This document shows positions 27,464-36,992 of a DNA stretch of 64,000 bases, one piece after another. The translations under genes were made by a program, and so were the position numbers. Position 1 is the stretch's first letter. Each line of letters starts with the position of its first letter. Below the pieces are notes generated by a model, which saw nothing but the letters and a program-made list of their open reading frames with translations, was not told the DNA's origin and did not search any database. Source of the stretch: Candidatus Latescibacterota bacterium (lineage in GTDB: Bacteria; Latescibacterota; UBA2968; GCA-2709665); assembly GCA_965116875.1 (NCBI GenBank), contig OZ220733.1, forward strand, positions 3,840,001 to 3,904,000, in the 5' to 3' direction.

Positions 27464-28729
27464 TCAGATGCGCAATCCATCCGTGCCTTTGGAAACGACG
27501 TACCAGATATAGGCGGCGAGGACGATGCTGGGAAACAGCAGCCCTGCACGCGACCCGCGCCCGCCGCTCCCCCCAAAACCTCCGCGCTTGCCGGATTCGG
27601 CTGCGTCGGACCGGCCTTCCCTGCCGCGTCTTGCAGAAACCGTTTCTTCACCGGGCGACCGTTCGTCGGGAGGGCGGTAGGCGTCCCGACGATCGCCGCT
27701 TTCTGTCCCGACCGCCGACGGTCTCGCGGCCTCAATGGCGGCGTCTTCTCCCTTCAGCGTCCGTCGCACGGGGTAGACGAGACGCTTCTCCGACTCGGCC
27801 AGCTTCTCCGCCCACAGTTCGACTTCCTTTGCGAAGGTGAGCGACGTCTCTTCCCTGAGCGGACCCGCCTTGCCCAGGGTGAAGCTGACTTCAGGATTCC
27901 GATGGCCCGTATAAGCGGTCTGAAGGTCGGGATCCGTGGTTTCCACAAGCTGGCGCTTGAGTCTGGCGCGTGTTGCCTGCAGGGATACAAGATTCTGCAG
28001 AAATCCGTGGTAGTCCATGCGATTCTTCCGGGTCCCCGGCGCGTGGGCGCGCGGCGGTTTCGACAGGGCCCTTTCGATTTCCCTCCGGGTGAATTCCTTC
28101 GAGAATTCCGCCCTGCCGAAGATCATGGAATGCCAGATGACACGGGCAGACGGGATGTCGGGAACGGGATGCGCATAGGTGATTTCAACCGCCGGGCCTT
28201 TTTCGGTCTGCCAGCTTTCGTCGGAAACCAGAATCGGGTGCAGCGCGCCGTTTGACTGCTTCAGATAGAGACCGAAGAGGAATCCGCTTTCCACGTGGTC
28301 GGTGTCCCAGCACCGGGCGCGGATCCGATTCGTGCCCCTCAGGTAGAGGTGCGGGACCTCGACTTCCACGGGCGTGAGGCGGGTTTCGCCAACGGGAAAG
28401 TCATTGAGCCACACGCGCGCCTCGTCATCGGCCCAGAAGATGCAAACAACCGAGGTCCCTTTCGGAAGACGCAGGACGTCTGCGTTTCCGGGCAGGCGTT
28501 TCTTGTCGATGGCTCCCGGGTCTTCGGCGCTCATCACGCGGATCAGACTGTCGATCTGCGCCGAGACCGCGTTGAACTCCTGACGGATCGAGAACGGGTT
28601 CGGCGCGGATGCGGCAGCCCGGTCATCCGCATTGCCCGAAACGTCAGCCGGCAGCACAGGCGAAACGGACAGCGCGAGCACGGCGAGCCATCTGTTTCGC
28701 GAGCGGTACCTGTGGGTCGTCTCTGGCAT
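27464..28729 (-). CDS. Hypothetical exported protein with beta-sandwich-like domain and C-terminal TM anchor
   Basis: Signal-like N-terminus; WADDEARVWLND...GTNRI...GFLFGL...SDESW jelly-roll-like pattern; Gly-rich linker then hydrophobic C-terminus. Confidence 0.65.
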   Translation of the reverse strand: MPETTHRYRSRNRWLAVLALSVSPVLPADVSGNADDRAAASAPNPFSIRQEFNAVSAQIDSLIRVMSAEDPGAIDKKRLPGNADVLRLPKGTSVVCIFWADDEARVWLNDFPVGETRLTPVEVEVPHLYLRGTNRIRARCWDTDHVESGFLFGLYLKQSNGALHPILVSDESWQTEKGPAVEITYAHPVPDIPSARVIWHSMIFGRAEFSKEFTRREIERALSKPPRAHAPGTRKNRMDYHGFLQNLVSLQATRARLKRQLVETTDPDLQTAYTGHRNPEVSFTLGKAGPLREETSLTFAKEVELWAEKLAESEKRLVYPVRRTLKGEDAAIEAARPSAVGTESGDRRDAYRPPDERSPGEETVSARRGREGRSDAAESGKRGGFGGSGGRGSRAGLLFPSIVLAAYIWYVVSKGTDGLRI

Positions 28730-28770
28730 ATCGGGAGCTGACTGACGCGTGTTTACAGTTGCGTTATCCG

Positions 28771-29895
28771 CTAATAGTCCGCGAAGGATCCGTCTTCTTT
28801 CGAGCGCCACATGCCGCGGAAGCGAAAGCGTTCGTCCCGCGTGGCATCGAGTGCATCGTCGTCGATCTCGAATCCGAGACCCGGCCCTGCGGGAAGTTCG
28901 ATATAACCATCGTTGAACGTAAGCGGCGGCTTCAGAAGACCTTCGCCCCGGGTCGTGCCGCCCTCGCAGATGAGAAAATTGGGGACCGTGGCCATGGTAT
29001 GGATGGACGCGGCAACGCCGATGGGACCGGCCGCGTTGTGCGGCGCAATGGCAATGTCCCTGATTTCCGCCAGCGTGGCGATCTTCTTCATTTCCGAGAT
29101 GCCTCCGACGTGCCGGATATCCGGCTGCAGAACGGCACAGGCCTGTTTTTCCACGATGTCCCGGAAACTCCAGCGGGTGAGGTGGCGTTCGCCGGTTGCG
29201 ATGGGTGTTGGGGTCGAGCGGGAAAGGGTCAGCAGGGCGTCGTTGTTTTCAGGATGGCAGGGTTCTTCCGCAAAGAGCAGATGATAGGGTTCGAGCGCCT
29301 TGACCGTGATGACGGCCATCTGCGGGCTGAGGCGGCGGTGCAGATCGACCGCGATGTCCACGTCGTCGCCCACGGCTTCGCGGACGGCTGCGACACGGGC
29401 GACCATTTCGTCGACCGCGCGTGCCGTATCCACGAAACGGACGGGTTTGACGGCGCCGCCCATCTTGATGGCCGTGAACCCGTCTGCGACCCGCTTGCGC
29501 GCAGATTCCGCACAGGATTCCGGCGTGTCTCCCCCGGCGTGGGCGTAGACCCGCACGCGGTCCCGGACCGAACCTCCCAGAAGTCTCCAGACGGGAACGT
29601 CCAGGACTTTGCCCATGATGTCCCACATGGCCATATCCGTGCCGCTGAGCGCGCCAATGATGATCGGCATGCTGCGGCTGTACGTGGAGCGAAAGAAGGT
29701 CTGCCAGTGGTCTTCGATCTGGAGCGGATCCTTGCCGATGAGGTATTCGGCCAGGTCGTCTATGGCCCGTGCGACGATTCGCCAGTGCGTATAGTCCAGG
29801 GGTTCGCCATAGCCGACGACGCCCTCGTCGGTGTGCATTTTCAACACGAGGAACCGCTGTGCGACAGGGACGGTTTCAAGGCGGGTGATCTTCAT
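28771..29895 (-). CDS. Galactonate dehydratase (DgoD)-like enolase-superfamily enzyme
   Basis: MKITRLET, GYGE, ALSGTDMAMWDI.GK, VDLHRR, FAEEP, ATGER, APHN. Confidence 0.85.
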   Translation of the reverse strand: MKITRLETVPVAQRFLVLKMHTDEGVVGYGEPLDYTHWRIVARAIDDLAEYLIGKDPLQIEDHWQTFFRSTYSRSMPIIIGALSGTDMAMWDIMGKVLDVPVWRLLGGSVRDRVRVYAHAGGDTPESCAESARKRVADGFTAIKMGGAVKPVRFVDTARAVDEMVARVAAVREAVGDDVDIAVDLHRRLSPQMAVITVKALEPYHLLFAEEPCHPENNDALLTLSRSTPTPIATGERHLTRWSFRDIVEKQACAVLQPDIRHVGGISEMKKIATLAEIRDIAIAPHNAAGPIGVAASIHTMATVPNFLICEGGTTRGEGLLKPPLTFNDGYIELPAGPGLGFEIDDDALDATRDERFRFRGMWRSKEDGSFADY

Positions 29896-30019
29896 GAGGT
29901 TGACCTCTCGGAGGAATCTTTCGACACCGCGTTTTCGGTATCCGGAAGTTTGGATCCGTTCCGCGGCCATGCGCGGGGGTTCACCCTGTTACACGGATCT
30001 ACAGGGAGACCCGAGCGGC

Positions 30020-30889
30020 TCACCGGTCTGAGTCTACGCCCCTTTCCTTCTCCCGTTTCGCATCGGCAAGAACCGGTGCGATCCTGTCGACAAACCGGAT
30101 CAGGCTGTTGTCATCCGGGTTGTAGCCGATGAGCTTGCGGGCGTTGGCGATACTCCAGAAATTGTGGCTGTTTCCGCTGATGCCGTAGAAAATCTGAAAG
30201 GGGATGCCATTCTCGTCTTCGATGTTCTCCGTCTCGATGCTCTTGATCAGAAGCTGGGTCTGGTCACGTGCGCTCAGGTACGCCCCGAGGCTGCGGTGCA
30301 TACCATTCAGGTTGTTCGCCCTGAGGTTATCGGCCACGGTGTCTCGGGGACCTCCGATCCGCAACTGGATATTCTGGAGCTTTCTTCCGTTTCCGACCCT
30401 GCCCGCGGCAAAGGCGAACCCCAGAAGTTCGTACGCGGCCTTCGCCCAGCCGTAGAAATTGTCGGAAAGCGGGCGCATATCCGGTGTCACGAATTCCATG
30501 CGGCCGGACCAGATGAGCGTCTCGTAGAAATCGGTGGCGTGGTTGGAACTGATGACGATCACCCTGCGGACGTTCTCTTCCAGGCAGGTCTGGTAGACGT
30601 TGTAGGCCATGGCGATGTTGTCGGATTCAGCCCAGAACTGGTCCCCGGGTGCGTTGGCACGGGTGAAACCGCAGTGTATCACCGCGTCTGTGTCCGTGAA
30701 ATGCCGTCGATATGCGTTCCGGTCCCGATTGAGAAGGTCGGTCTGGACGATACCCTCCACCTCGTTGCCGTTTCGGTCCGTCTTTCGCACGTCCAGCAAG
30801 CCGAGGTCATAGCGCTCCTTGAGGGCCGGCAGACTCCGTCCCGCGATATAACCGGCCGCGCCGGTGATGACAACCCTGCGTTTCGTCAT
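30020..30889 (-). CDS. NAD-dependent epimerase/dehydrogenase (SDR)
   Basis: TGAAGYIA, SSNHA, YGWAK, LRIG. Start trimmed to ATG 30889. Confidence 0.85.
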   Translation of the reverse strand: MTKRRVVITGAAGYIAGRSLPALKERYDLGLLDVRKTDRNGNEVEGIVQTDLLNRDRNAYRRHFTDTDAVIHCGFTRANAPGDQFWAESDNIAMAYNVYQTCLEENVRRVIVISSNHATDFYETLIWSGRMEFVTPDMRPLSDNFYGWAKAAYELLGFAFAAGRVGNGRKLQNIQLRIGGPRDTVADNLRANNLNGMHRSLGAYLSARDQTQLLIKSIETENIEDENGIPFQIFYGISGNSHNFWSIANARKLIGYNPDDNSLIRFVDRIAPVLADAKREKERGVDSDR

Positions 30890-30900
30890 CGCAATTCTCG

Positions 30901-31650
30901 TTATGGGAATGGAAAGGGACTGGTAGAAAGCGGATGGTGCGTACATCGGTTGACGCCGCGCACCAGGATGGGCCGCCAGTCCTGGCCGATCGAGTTGGAT
31001 TCGACCTGCCTGGCTTCGGGCGGGATGAAGCGGACGGTAAGACCGCAACGCCGCCGATTCGAGGTATTGGGCATGCTTGCGTGGAATAGCTGGCCGTGGT
31101 GGACCGAAACCTGGCCCGCGCTGAGTTCCAGGTCGATCGCACGGCTGGTGTCGACGAGTTCGTCCGGGATTTCCTGGTTGATGCTCAGCAGATTTCCGTC
31201 CCGTTCCGATGTGCCGTGAGTGACGATCCCGTTTTTGTGGGACCCCGGGATGACGCGCATGCACCCGTTTTCCGCGTCGCTGTCGTCGATGGCGATCCAG
31301 GCCGTATGCGCCAGCGGCGGTTTGAGACCCCAGTACGTGACATCCTGGTGCCACGCGACAAAGTGCTTTTCGGCCCTGGCGGGGTATTTGCAGAAGAAGT
31401 GCGTGGCCAGCAGAAGGATATCCTTACCCATGGCCTGTTCCATGACGTCCAGAATGCGCGCGTCGGCGGACAGCCGCCAGATAAACTCCTCGTCGAAGTG
31501 CCGGGACTGAAGACCCACCTGGCAGACGTCTCTGCCTTCTCTGCCTTCGAGTTCGTCGAACTGCGCCCTGAATGCGCTGATCTCGGATTCGGAGAAGACG
31601 TCGATTCGAGGCAACACGCCATTGGCTTCGTAGGTTTCGCTCAGGTGCAT
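30901..31650 (-). CDS. PhyH-family Fe/2OG oxygenase
   Basis: WHQDVTYWG, WIAIDD, NGCMRVIPGSH, FHASMPNTS.RR. Confidence 0.9.
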   Translation of the reverse strand: MHLSETYEANGVLPRIDVFSESEISAFRAQFDELEGREGRDVCQVGLQSRHFDEEFIWRLSADARILDVMEQAMGKDILLLATHFFCKYPARAEKHFVAWHQDVTYWGLKPPLAHTAWIAIDDSDAENGCMRVIPGSHKNGIVTHGTSERDGNLLSINQEIPDELVDTSRAIDLELSAGQVSVHHGQLFHASMPNTSNRRRCGLTVRFIPPEARQVESNSIGQDWRPILVRGVNRCTHHPLSTSPFPFP

Positions 31651-31868
31651 AGCGGCATCCCCTCGGGTGCAGTGCAGGACGCGGACAATCTACGGTGAAC
31701 GGTGCGCCGGTGCAACCCGTTTCTGGTGCCCGCGCACAATCCCTGCGTGGGCATTGACATGCCGAACCGGGGAGGGTATCATGCGCAGTCGAAACCTGCT
31801 GTACACCCGGGATTGCGCACGGCAATGCTGCCGTGGCGCGGACCGATTTCGAAATGCGGAGGCTTGAA

Positions 31869-32981
31869 ATGAAGATCACCCACGTTACCGCGATGGTGTT
31901 GCGGCTCCCTCACGTCACGGACAGCTGCGACGGTACGCAGGATACCTGTTTGATCAAGGTCGAAACCGACGCCGGACTCACCGGCTGGGGAGAGGTGGAT
32001 TCCTGTCCGACCGCGGTCAAGGCCGTCGTGGATGCGCCACTTTCGCACCAGATCTGCAACGGTCTGGCCAATGCGCTTTGCCTGGAAGACCCGCTGGCGG
32101 TGGAAGCGTGTATGCAACGCATGACGGACGCGACGAAGTACTACGGCGTCGATGGCGTGGGGCTGCACGCCATGGCGGGCGTTAATCAGGCGCTCTGGGA
32201 TATTGCCGGCAAGGCCCATGACGTGCCGGTCTACCGGCTCATGGGCGGGCCCTTCAGGAAGCGTTTCCGTGCGTATTGTTCGATTCTGTTCGGGGATTCG
32301 CCCGCGCAGACTGAAGAACTCGGGCGGAGATTCGCGGGGGAGGGCTTTACGGCGGTCAAATTCGGCTGGGGGCCGATGGGGGAGGGGGAGGAGACCGATA
32401 TCGCCCTGGTCAGGGAGGCCCGCCGGGGCGTCGGAGAGGGGGTGGACGTGCTGATCGACGCGGGGCAGGTCTGGGACTGGAAGACGGCCCTGAAGCGGGC
32501 GCGCCGGTTCGCGGAGTTCTGCCCGTTCTGGCTCGAGGAACCCCTGCATCCGTCCGACCTGCGCGGATACGCGAAGCTGGCGGCGGAAAGCCCCGTTCCC
32601 ATCGCGGCGGGCGAAGCGGAAGCGCGGCTGGACGCATTCGAGCGTCTGGTGGCGGAAGGCGGGTTGGACTGGGTACAGCCGGACCCGGGCCGGTGCGGGA
32701 TTTCGACCATGGTGGAGGTGGGAAGGATGGCCGATCGCCGCCATGCAAGAGTCGTGAACCACAGTTTCAAGAGCGGGATTACGATCGCCGCGTCGCTTCA
32801 CGCGCTCGCCGCGGTACCGGGCGGGGAGATGTTCGAGTATTGCATGTCGGAGTCGCCGCTCCGCCACGAACTGACGCACGAACGATTCGAAGTCGTCGAC
32901 GGATGCGTGGCTGTGCCGGAGGGCCCCGGCCTTGGCGTGACGATCAACGAGGAGACGCTGGAGAAGTACCGGGTGGCATAG
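31869..32981 (+). CDS. Mandelate racemase/muconate lactonizing enzyme family
   Basis: ETDAGLTGWGE, ALWDIAGK, KFG, IDAG, WLEEP, AAGE, GPGLGV. Confidence 0.9.
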   Translation: MKITHVTAMVLRLPHVTDSCDGTQDTCLIKVETDAGLTGWGEVDSCPTAVKAVVDAPLSHQICNGLANALCLEDPLAVEACMQRMTDATKYYGVDGVGLHAMAGVNQALWDIAGKAHDVPVYRLMGGPFRKRFRAYCSILFGDSPAQTEELGRRFAGEGFTAVKFGWGPMGEGEETDIALVREARRGVGEGVDVLIDAGQVWDWKTALKRARRFAEFCPFWLEEPLHPSDLRGYAKLAAESPVPIAAGEAEARLDAFERLVAEGGLDWVQPDPGRCGISTMVEVGRMADRRHARVVNHSFKSGITIAASLHALAAVPGGEMFEYCMSESPLRHELTHERFEVVDGCVAVPEGPGLGVTINEETLEKYRVA

Positions 32982-32993
32982 CAGGGCTTCCCG

Positions 32994-33890
32994 TCACCTG
33001 CAGGCCGTCGTCCGGTTCCCGTCCTGAAGTTCCCTGACAAAGGCCGGACTCAGCGTGCCCTGAGCGACCTCCGAGACCGGTCCCTTCATCGTCATGCGAA
33101 ACCCGGGGTCGACCGCGACGTGGAGGGCGCCGCCCGGTGCGTTCACGGTAACCGGAGATGCAGCCAGACCCAGGCGGACGGCCGCGCTCGCCGCCGCGCA
33201 GGACGAGGACCCGGATGCCTGCGTCTCGCCGGCGCCGCGTTCCCAGATGAGAATGAAGATCTCGTTCGGACCCGTGGGTACGGCCAATTGGACGTTGATG
33301 CGATTGGGGAAGAATTCGTGATTCTCCAGGGCGGGGCCGAGCTCGAGCAGGTCATCGCGGGTCCAGGACTCGTGCGCGGCTTTGAAGATGACGCAGTGCG
33401 GATTCCCCACGCTGACCCCCGTGAATCTCAGTTCGCGGCCGGCGGCGGCGATCGACCGTTCGATGAGCTCGCCCCCCGTCAACGTACACGGCAGCGCGAC
33501 GGGATCGAAGTCGGCCTGTCCCATCTCGACGGTCGCGAGGCCGGCATCGCCGTGACGGTCCAGGTGTACCTGGATCTCCACGCGGCCGCCGATCGTGTCC
33601 ACCGTGAAGCAGCGTTTTCGCGTCCGACCGGTGGCGTGGAGGAACCGGGCGAAGATGCGCAGGCCGTTGCCCGACTTCTCGGCCTCGCTGCCGTCCGGGT
33701 TCAGGATGCGCAGGCCGAAGTCGGCGCCATTCCCGGGTTCGAGGGTGAGGATGCCATCGCTGCCGATGCCCCGGTTGCGATCGCAGATGGTGCGGATATT
33801 GTCCGGTGTGAGTTCAAATTCCAGTTCGGCCGGATCCATGACGATGTAGTCGTTGCCCAGACCGTGGCCCTTATAGAAACCGTTTTTCAC
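32994..33890 (-). CDS. dapF: Diaminopimelate epimerase-fold protein (Ser/Ser active site)
   Basis: KGHGLGNDY, GIGSDG, NPDGSEAEKSGNG, VGNPH, WERGAGETQASGSS. GTG 33890 after GGAGGT. Confidence 0.85.
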   Translation of the reverse strand: MKNGFYKGHGLGNDYIVMDPAELEFELTPDNIRTICDRNRGIGSDGILTLEPGNGADFGLRILNPDGSEAEKSGNGLRIFARFLHATGRTRKRCFTVDTIGGRVEIQVHLDRHGDAGLATVEMGQADFDPVALPCTLTGGELIERSIAAAGRELRFTGVSVGNPHCVIFKAAHESWTRDDLLELGPALENHEFFPNRINVQLAVPTGPNEIFILIWERGAGETQASGSSSCAAASAAVRLGLAASPVTVNAPGGALHVAVDPGFRMTMKGPVSEVAQGTLSPAFVRELQDGNRTTACR

Positions 33891-33913
33891 AAGACCTCCC
33901 GAACCCGTCCTTA

Positions 33914-34075
33914 GCAGCCCGTTGAAAAAGTCCATCCGGGCTACGGCCGGCCCTTGCGGTCGAAATACTGCGTTGCGCTCCCTCGCCGAATCAAAGGATG
34001 GGACTCGGTCGCGCGCCTTGTCTTCGGCCACAATGGCTCGGCCTCGCCTGCAGAGCGACTTTATCAACGGACTGT
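33914..34075. mobile_element. MITE-like repeat family A, full length (162 bp)
   Basis: TA|GCAGCCCGTTGAAAAAGTC...GACTTTATCAACGGACTGT|TA. Confidence 0.85.
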
Positions 34076-34134
34076 TAGGGGCTGTCCGACGGGAGTCGGA
34101 AGCCGGCATTTCCCCGGACGGGCGTCACCGGTAT

Positions 34135-35103
34135 TCACTTCCATACAAGCAAGACGCCCATCGTCTCGCCCAGACGGGTATACAGCAGGTCGAAGGCCTC
34201 TGCCGCTTCCTGGTAGGGAAAGCGGTGGGAAATCATCTCTTCGGCGCGGATCTTTTCCTGGGCGAGAAGCTGCAGGGCGCGGTCGGAGCCCGAAGAACGT
34301 CTTCCGCCGTCCGAATACCCGCCGACGATCCGCCGGCCCTGGATCTTTCCGGAGTCCAGCGGCAGGGGCTCGTCCTCATACAGGCCGATCACCTGAATCA
34401 GGCCCTTTCGTTTCACCATATCCTGCGCCTGTGCGAATGCCGCCGCCCCCGCGCGCCCGCCCACAGCCTCCACCACGATTTCCACGCCCGCGCCGCCGGT
34501 AAGGTCTTTGACGGCCCTCACGGGATCTTCGCGCGATGCGTCCACCACGTGTTCCGCCCCCAGACGTCCGGCCAGTTCGCACCGGAAGGGCAACGCGTCG
34601 ACCGCGATCACACCGGGGTTCACTTCCGCGTTCAGCGTTTGCATACAGATTGAGCCTACGAGACCCTGACCCAGAATGGCCACCGTGTCTTCCCTGCGTG
34701 CCTCGAGTTCCCGCATCCAGAGAACGGAACTGGTGCTCAGCGGCCAGAACGTCGCGGCTTCCGAGGAGACCGCGTCCGGAAGCTGCACAACGGGGTTCAG
34801 GTGGCGTGAACCCACGATTTCGACGGCCACGTATTCCGCGTGCGGCGCAAGAGCCGCCACACGGTCGCCGATGGAGAAGCCGTCCACGCGCGCGCCGACC
34901 TCGACGATGTCACCCACGAACGAGTACCCCATGCTTTGATGGTCGATGGCTTCGGGACGGATGTAACGGCGCCAGATCTCGGAGCCACGGCTGATCAGGC
35001 TGCATTCCGCACGGATCAGCACCTCCGTGGGCGCGATTTCAGGAATGGGAACGTCTTCAATGACGATATTGTATTCGCCTTCCGGCTTTGCGACGCGTTT
35101 CAT
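34135..35103 (-). CDS. MDR / zinc-binding alcohol dehydrogenase-family oxidoreductase
   Basis: SLISRGSE, MGYSFVG, GQGLVG Rossmann motif, VEAVG; no structural Zn Cys cluster. Confidence 0.85.
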   Translation of the reverse strand: MKRVAKPEGEYNIVIEDVPIPEIAPTEVLIRAECSLISRGSEIWRRYIRPEAIDHQSMGYSFVGDIVEVGARVDGFSIGDRVAALAPHAEYVAVEIVGSRHLNPVVQLPDAVSSEAATFWPLSTSSVLWMRELEARREDTVAILGQGLVGSICMQTLNAEVNPGVIAVDALPFRCELAGRLGAEHVVDASREDPVRAVKDLTGGAGVEIVVEAVGGRAGAAAFAQAQDMVKRKGLIQVIGLYEDEPLPLDSGKIQGRRIVGGYSDGGRRSSGSDRALQLLAQEKIRAEEMISHRFPYQEAAEAFDLLYTRLGETMGVLLVWK

Positions 35104-35215
35104 GACGGGGTTCCCTGAGTTGGAGATTTGAAGACTTCAGGCGCGGGCATATCGAATCACGAGGAAGGGAGCCGCTCAACCCGTCCTCTGCTGGCAGTCG
35201 CTGCGTGACTTCCGC

Positions 35216-35953
35216 TCAGTCAACCCGCTCGAGGTCCTGGATGTCGCGGCGAAACACCCATGTCCCCTCTCTCACATAGTGAATGGCGAATGCAAGCCGG
35301 GGCCTGCCCGAGGAGCGGTTCGCGTAAGAGCCGTGAATGGTTCTGCCGGTAAAGAACACGCCCGAGCCTCGCGGCACCGTAAGGAAGGTGAGTTCATCGC
35401 GGCCTACGCCGTCGACCTCGTGCGAGTGCATGGTTTCGGTCCACTCCGTGCCGTCGGGTCCTCGCATGGCGTACTCCTTCACCCAGGAGGCGTGTTCGCT
35501 GCTGTCCTGAGGGGGACGGGTATTCCGGAGGGGGGCAAGGTGGCTGCCGGCGGCGACGCAGAGACCGCCGTTGCTGCTGTCGGTGTCGCTCAATGCAAGC
35601 CAGCAGGCCATGAGTGTGCCGGGTTCGTTCCGGATATAGTGAGCGTCCTGATGAAGCGCGATACCCGTGCCCCCGCGCGGCGCCTTTTCCATGTACATGG
35701 TCTGGACGATCATTGGAGTCCCGCCCAACAGCCGGGACGCGATGGCGGAGATGCGGGGATGCGACGCCAGGTAACGCCACTGTGGATCCGCCGTGTGCCT
35801 GCGCAGACCGAGTTCCAGGACTTCCGGTGCCGCCGCTTCCGACTGCGCTTCCAGGAAGGCGTTGATTTCAGACGGCGTCAGCAGATCCTGTACCTGTACG
35901 AAACCGTCCGCACGGTAGGATGCCACCTGCTCCGAAGTCAGGGAGAGTCCCAT
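35216..35953 (-). CDS. PhyH-family Fe/2OG oxygenase
   Basis: YRADGFV, LHQD, WLALSD, NGGL...GSH, IHGSYANRS..R. Confidence 0.9.
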   Translation of the reverse strand: MGLSLTSEQVASYRADGFVQVQDLLTPSEINAFLEAQSEAAAPEVLELGLRRHTADPQWRYLASHPRISAIASRLLGGTPMIVQTMYMEKAPRGGTGIALHQDAHYIRNEPGTLMACWLALSDTDSSNGGLCVAAGSHLAPLRNTRPPQDSSEHASWVKEYAMRGPDGTEWTETMHSHEVDGVGRDELTFLTVPRGSGVFFTGRTIHGSYANRSSGRPRLAFAIHYVREGTWVFRRDIQDLERVD

Positions 35954-35966
35954 CGCGGATTCTCAG

Positions 35967-36914
35967 TCAGGTGAGGTCGAACGGGTTGGACCAGGCTTTC
36001 GCGCCGTCCGTTCCGATGACTTCGAAACGGACCCAGCGTGCGCCCGGCCGCAAGGTGAACGTGGCGCTCGTGAAGGGGTTGCCGGAATTCCTGTATTCGG
36101 TCCCGAACGTATCGCAAATGGCCAGGATACGCCTGGCCTCGGAGCATTCTACGGTGGCCTCGACCGGCCGTTTCTCCTCGCCGCTGCTTCTCCGGAGAGT
36201 GATGTTTCGAATCACGGCGCCGGTACTCGAGTAGCTCGCGCCACGTAACATCGCGTCGAGAATGGCCCCGGGAGACCGGTCCTTCACGCGCACCATCGTC
36301 CAGCCCCCGTACGTGTCACGGTTGTCCGATTCGAGGGCGTGGGAATCGTCGTTGGCAAGGGCGGGATAGAGCCTGTTCTCCAGGTCCATCCAGTCGTCCC
36401 AATGAACGCCGGATTCCCCTCTGCCCGCGCATCGGCAGGTTGTGTTGAACACCTCAACGCCGGCAAATCCCGTGAGCGGAACGGCGTCCCGCAGGATATT
36501 GACCGAACTCCAGTACGGGTGGGCCAGCCACGTGCAGCCCCCCTGCTCCTGAACCGCGTCGATCACGTGCTGGGGCGGCATGTTCTCCGAGTCCATGTCT
36601 TCGTGGATGTTCAGGCAGAGAAAATGGTGTTTCTGTCCGCCGAACGGATTGTCCGGATGCAGTTCGGCGCCCTGAATGAGCACAAAGTCGTCCGGACAAT
36701 CCACGGAATCGATCCGTGTGATTCTGTAATGGTCCGAGAGACACAGAAAGTCGTACCCCTGGCCCACGTAGCCGTCCAGGCGTTCTTGCGGCGACGCCTT
36801 GCCGTCGGAGTTCGTTGTGTGGGAGTGGAGGTTGCCTTTCAGCCAGACATAGCCGTCGTCGGCATCCAGGTTGAACGGGTCCGCGAGGTTCTGCCGGGGC
36901 GCGTTGCCAGCCAT
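35967..36914 (-). CDS. CehA/McbA-like PHP-fold metallohydrolase
   Basis: KGNLHSHTTNSDG, LSDH, GAE, AHPYWS, EVFN, DDSH motifs. Confidence 0.85.
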   Translation of the reverse strand: MAGNAPRQNLADPFNLDADDGYVWLKGNLHSHTTNSDGKASPQERLDGYVGQGYDFLCLSDHYRITRIDSVDCPDDFVLIQGAELHPDNPFGGQKHHFLCLNIHEDMDSENMPPQHVIDAVQEQGGCTWLAHPYWSSVNILRDAVPLTGFAGVEVFNTTCRCAGRGESGVHWDDWMDLENRLYPALANDDSHALESDNRDTYGGWTMVRVKDRSPGAILDAMLRGASYSSTGAVIRNITLRRSSGEEKRPVEATVECSEARRILAICDTFGTEYRNSGNPFTSATFTLRPGARWVRFEVIGTDGAKAWSNPFDLT

Positions 36915-36992
36915 GGACGTTCTCCAAATGAATTTCGAGTGGCGCGATCAGGGCAAGGTTTCGTCTATGCCCGTGCGGATATGCTTCTCGGG

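Noticed and set aside
33891-34109. Apparent N-terminal extensions of DapF, the 14590 amidohydrolase and the 55100 oxidoreductase
   Set aside because: They are open frames running through MITE copies (recurring FINGL/SPLIKSL peptides); family homology begins at the downstream starts.
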